Part shown: positions 61,661 through 64,000 of the stretch, piece by piece
Position numbering within the stretch: position 1 is the stretch's first letter
Layout: the number at the start of each line of letters is the position of its first letter
Origin: Podarcis tiliguerta
Lineage: Eukaryota
Strand: one strand, 5' to 3'
Assembly (NCBI GenBank): GCA_965153285.1
Contig: OZ229110.1
DNA length: 64,000 bases
Notes under the pieces: generated by a model
Told to the model about the DNA's origin: nothing
Database searches by the model: none
What the model saw: the letters and a program-made list of their open reading frames with translations, nothing else
Program-made: the position numbers and the translations under genes

Positions 61661-64000
61661 TAAATCTATCCACTGGGGAACAAGCCAATATGGGTGAAGA
61701 CTAGGTAAGCACACATTAAAGAGGAGAGTGGCTGAAGGTATACAGAATGAAGTGTATGGTAGGCAGAAATACTACAGGAAATAGACATAGCACACACGAT
61801 AAATGTGCACAAAAGTCATATAAAGTTTTTGAATTATGTAACAAATACCTGAACAAGAGGGTTTGGTCTGCAGTATATTTTATGTTTCTCCTCTTGCCAC
61901 AACTAGGAATTTTAAATAAATATATAAAACATATTTGTCTGAAAGCTATAATGGTGTCATCTACACCAGTGATTTGTTGTAATTAAAACTTTTTCAGGAT
62001 AGAACACCTTCACCAGAACAGATTACCAAGTTTACAAGAACAACCCTTTACTCTAGAAAACTATTGTAGAAATATGAAAAACTCTTATAGATAAAATTAA
62101 TTCATTACATACTCGTTTTATACTTCTTTTACTCTTGATAGGGAACAGAATATTTAAAAATGGGGTACTATAGGCAGAATACAATAAATTTTCCCTGATC
62201 AAGTGGAACATTTAACATACACCCCACGCCTTCCAGAGACAAGCATCCATCCATCCAATGCTCCCAGAGATGAAATGTGGTCATTACCTAGAGCCATGCA
62301 GTCAGAAAAAACAGTTAGTGCAGCAGCAGAAACCCTGTGTGATGTTGCGACAACTTCACCAGCATTCATATATTCAAAATTACTGAAAACAGCTAAGTGC
62401 CTTTGCACTAGTTGTGAATGCAAGATGGCATGTACATGAATACACCTGAATGTACACCTGACATTGGAGGGAATTAGCACTGGGCACCCCTAACGTCAAC
62501 CCAAAAAAGGAAATGTTCCTACACATCCCAAACCAAGATACAGGAAAGCTGACATATAGGTATTAATCGTCTCTTGTACACCAATCAATCTAGTGCTATA
62601 ACCACATACAGGGATACATAATGAACATAAACTAGAACCCTTGTGAAATGAAACTTATGCATAGTAGTAAATAAATCAACAGGAAAGAATGGGTGTGACC
62701 AGGAATTAATGACGGGACAAAATGGAGATGCTTGGAGGTGGCAAGATCAAACTTGGGACCTTGGCAATATAAACTATATGCTTTATCTTTACCTGGAGTA
62801 AGGACTATGAGTACTCCACATGTAGGAAGCCTGTGATCCCCCCCCCCCCAGATGTGCTTAACTACAATGCCCATCATCCCTGAGCACTAACCATGCAGCC
62901 CAGGACAGAAGGTAGCAGAGGGGCCCTAAAGCATATGGAGCTATATGTTCTTCAGCCCAGGTTTGTGGGAATATGGGGTGCTGGTTTAAGGCAAGTCAGA
63001 CCACTGTCCATATAGCTTAGTATTTGCTAGATTAACTGGCAAAGGTTCTCCAGGGCTTCAGACAGCAGTCAGTCACTATCTGGAGATGGCAGGGACTGCT
63101 CTTGGGACCTCCTGCGTGATTTGTTGTGCTCTGCCACTGAACAATGCCACTAAAGGAGTTATTATGAACAAACTGGCTGCTGGTTGCCATGTTTCTGTGG
63201 TTACAGTATAATTCTGTTCAGTGTAAGTTTGGTTCCAGTTCTACTGCTTATGGAATTGCATGGCCTTCTTAATGTTCTATTTAAAGTAATACATAAACAC
63301 ACACTTGAAACACATGTGGGTGTTTATTTCTATTTATTTATTTATGTATTTATAATCCACACTTTCAGCAAAATATACCAAAGTGGTTAACAGCATATAA
63401 AAATAATAGCAGCAAAAAGCATCAATAAAACATCATTAAAGAGAAAAATTGTATTGCAAAGGCCTGTACTGTTTAGGGTTTTGTGAATTAATGTAAGTAC
63501 CTTGAACCTAGGCAGGTAACAAACAGGCAACCACAACAGCTCCCTCAGCAGCAGTTGTATGTTGCTCCTTTGAGCAGTCTGGCCACTGCATTCTGCACAA
63601 ATTGAAGCTTCCGGACTAAATAAAGGGTAGCCCCACATAAAGCGTGCTACAGTAATCAAGCCTTGAGGATTGAAATCAATAGGGAACAATATACACCACA
63701 AACCAGATTTGATTTCTAGTGCAATGCACTCTCACACAAAGTTAGTACATCAGACAGAAAAGGTTATCCTGTCTTCCCACTTCTTTCTCCCATTAAACAC
63801 AGTCATTTCAATAACTAAGATGACCCAATTTATAATTGTAACAAAAAATATTAGGTATAAGCAGGCATGAAACATGGGAAGTAGAACTGTAAGGTGGACT
63901 AAAGTTGCTGTTACCTACACCCCTAACATCACTTAACTGTTCACTTTTTAGGCTATAAAGAATATGTACTGCAAGCAATGTGTGCACAAAACTGAAGGAT

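Noticed and set aside
55217-64000. First coding exon of CPSF7 (expected MSEGVDLIDIYADEEFNQ-like)
   Set aside because: No matching sequence or CpG island found on the minus strand; it presumably lies beyond position 64000.

Overview
Eukaryotic (vertebrate) genomic DNA, almost certainly from a squamate reptile and probably a lacertid lizard, judged from Sauria SINEs, Squam-type SINEs and a BovB/RTE LINE. It is the syntenic equivalent of human 11q12.2: 3' end of TKFC (+), CYB561A3 (-), TMEM138 (+), TMEM216 (+) and CPSF7 (-, first coding exon not found in the window). All were rebuilt exon by exon with GT-AG introns and consistent phases. The main surprise lies between TMEM216 and CPSF7, which are direct neighbours in human: an intact 7-exon, 494-aa divergent fascin-family gene (-, 33717-41589). 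Its intron pattern does not match FSCN1, FSCN2 or FSCN3 as I recall them, and it lacks both known regulatory serines, so it is a candidate fourth vertebrate fascin paralog. Other points: the TMEM138-TMEM216 ciliopathy intergenic region is very compact and carries RFX X-boxes; a perfect CLEAR palindrome sits upstream of lysosomal CYB561A3; CPSF7 has a candidate poison/intronic-polyadenylation exon; and there are many MITEs and SINEs. Comparisons to human proteins and gene structures are from memory, not database searches.
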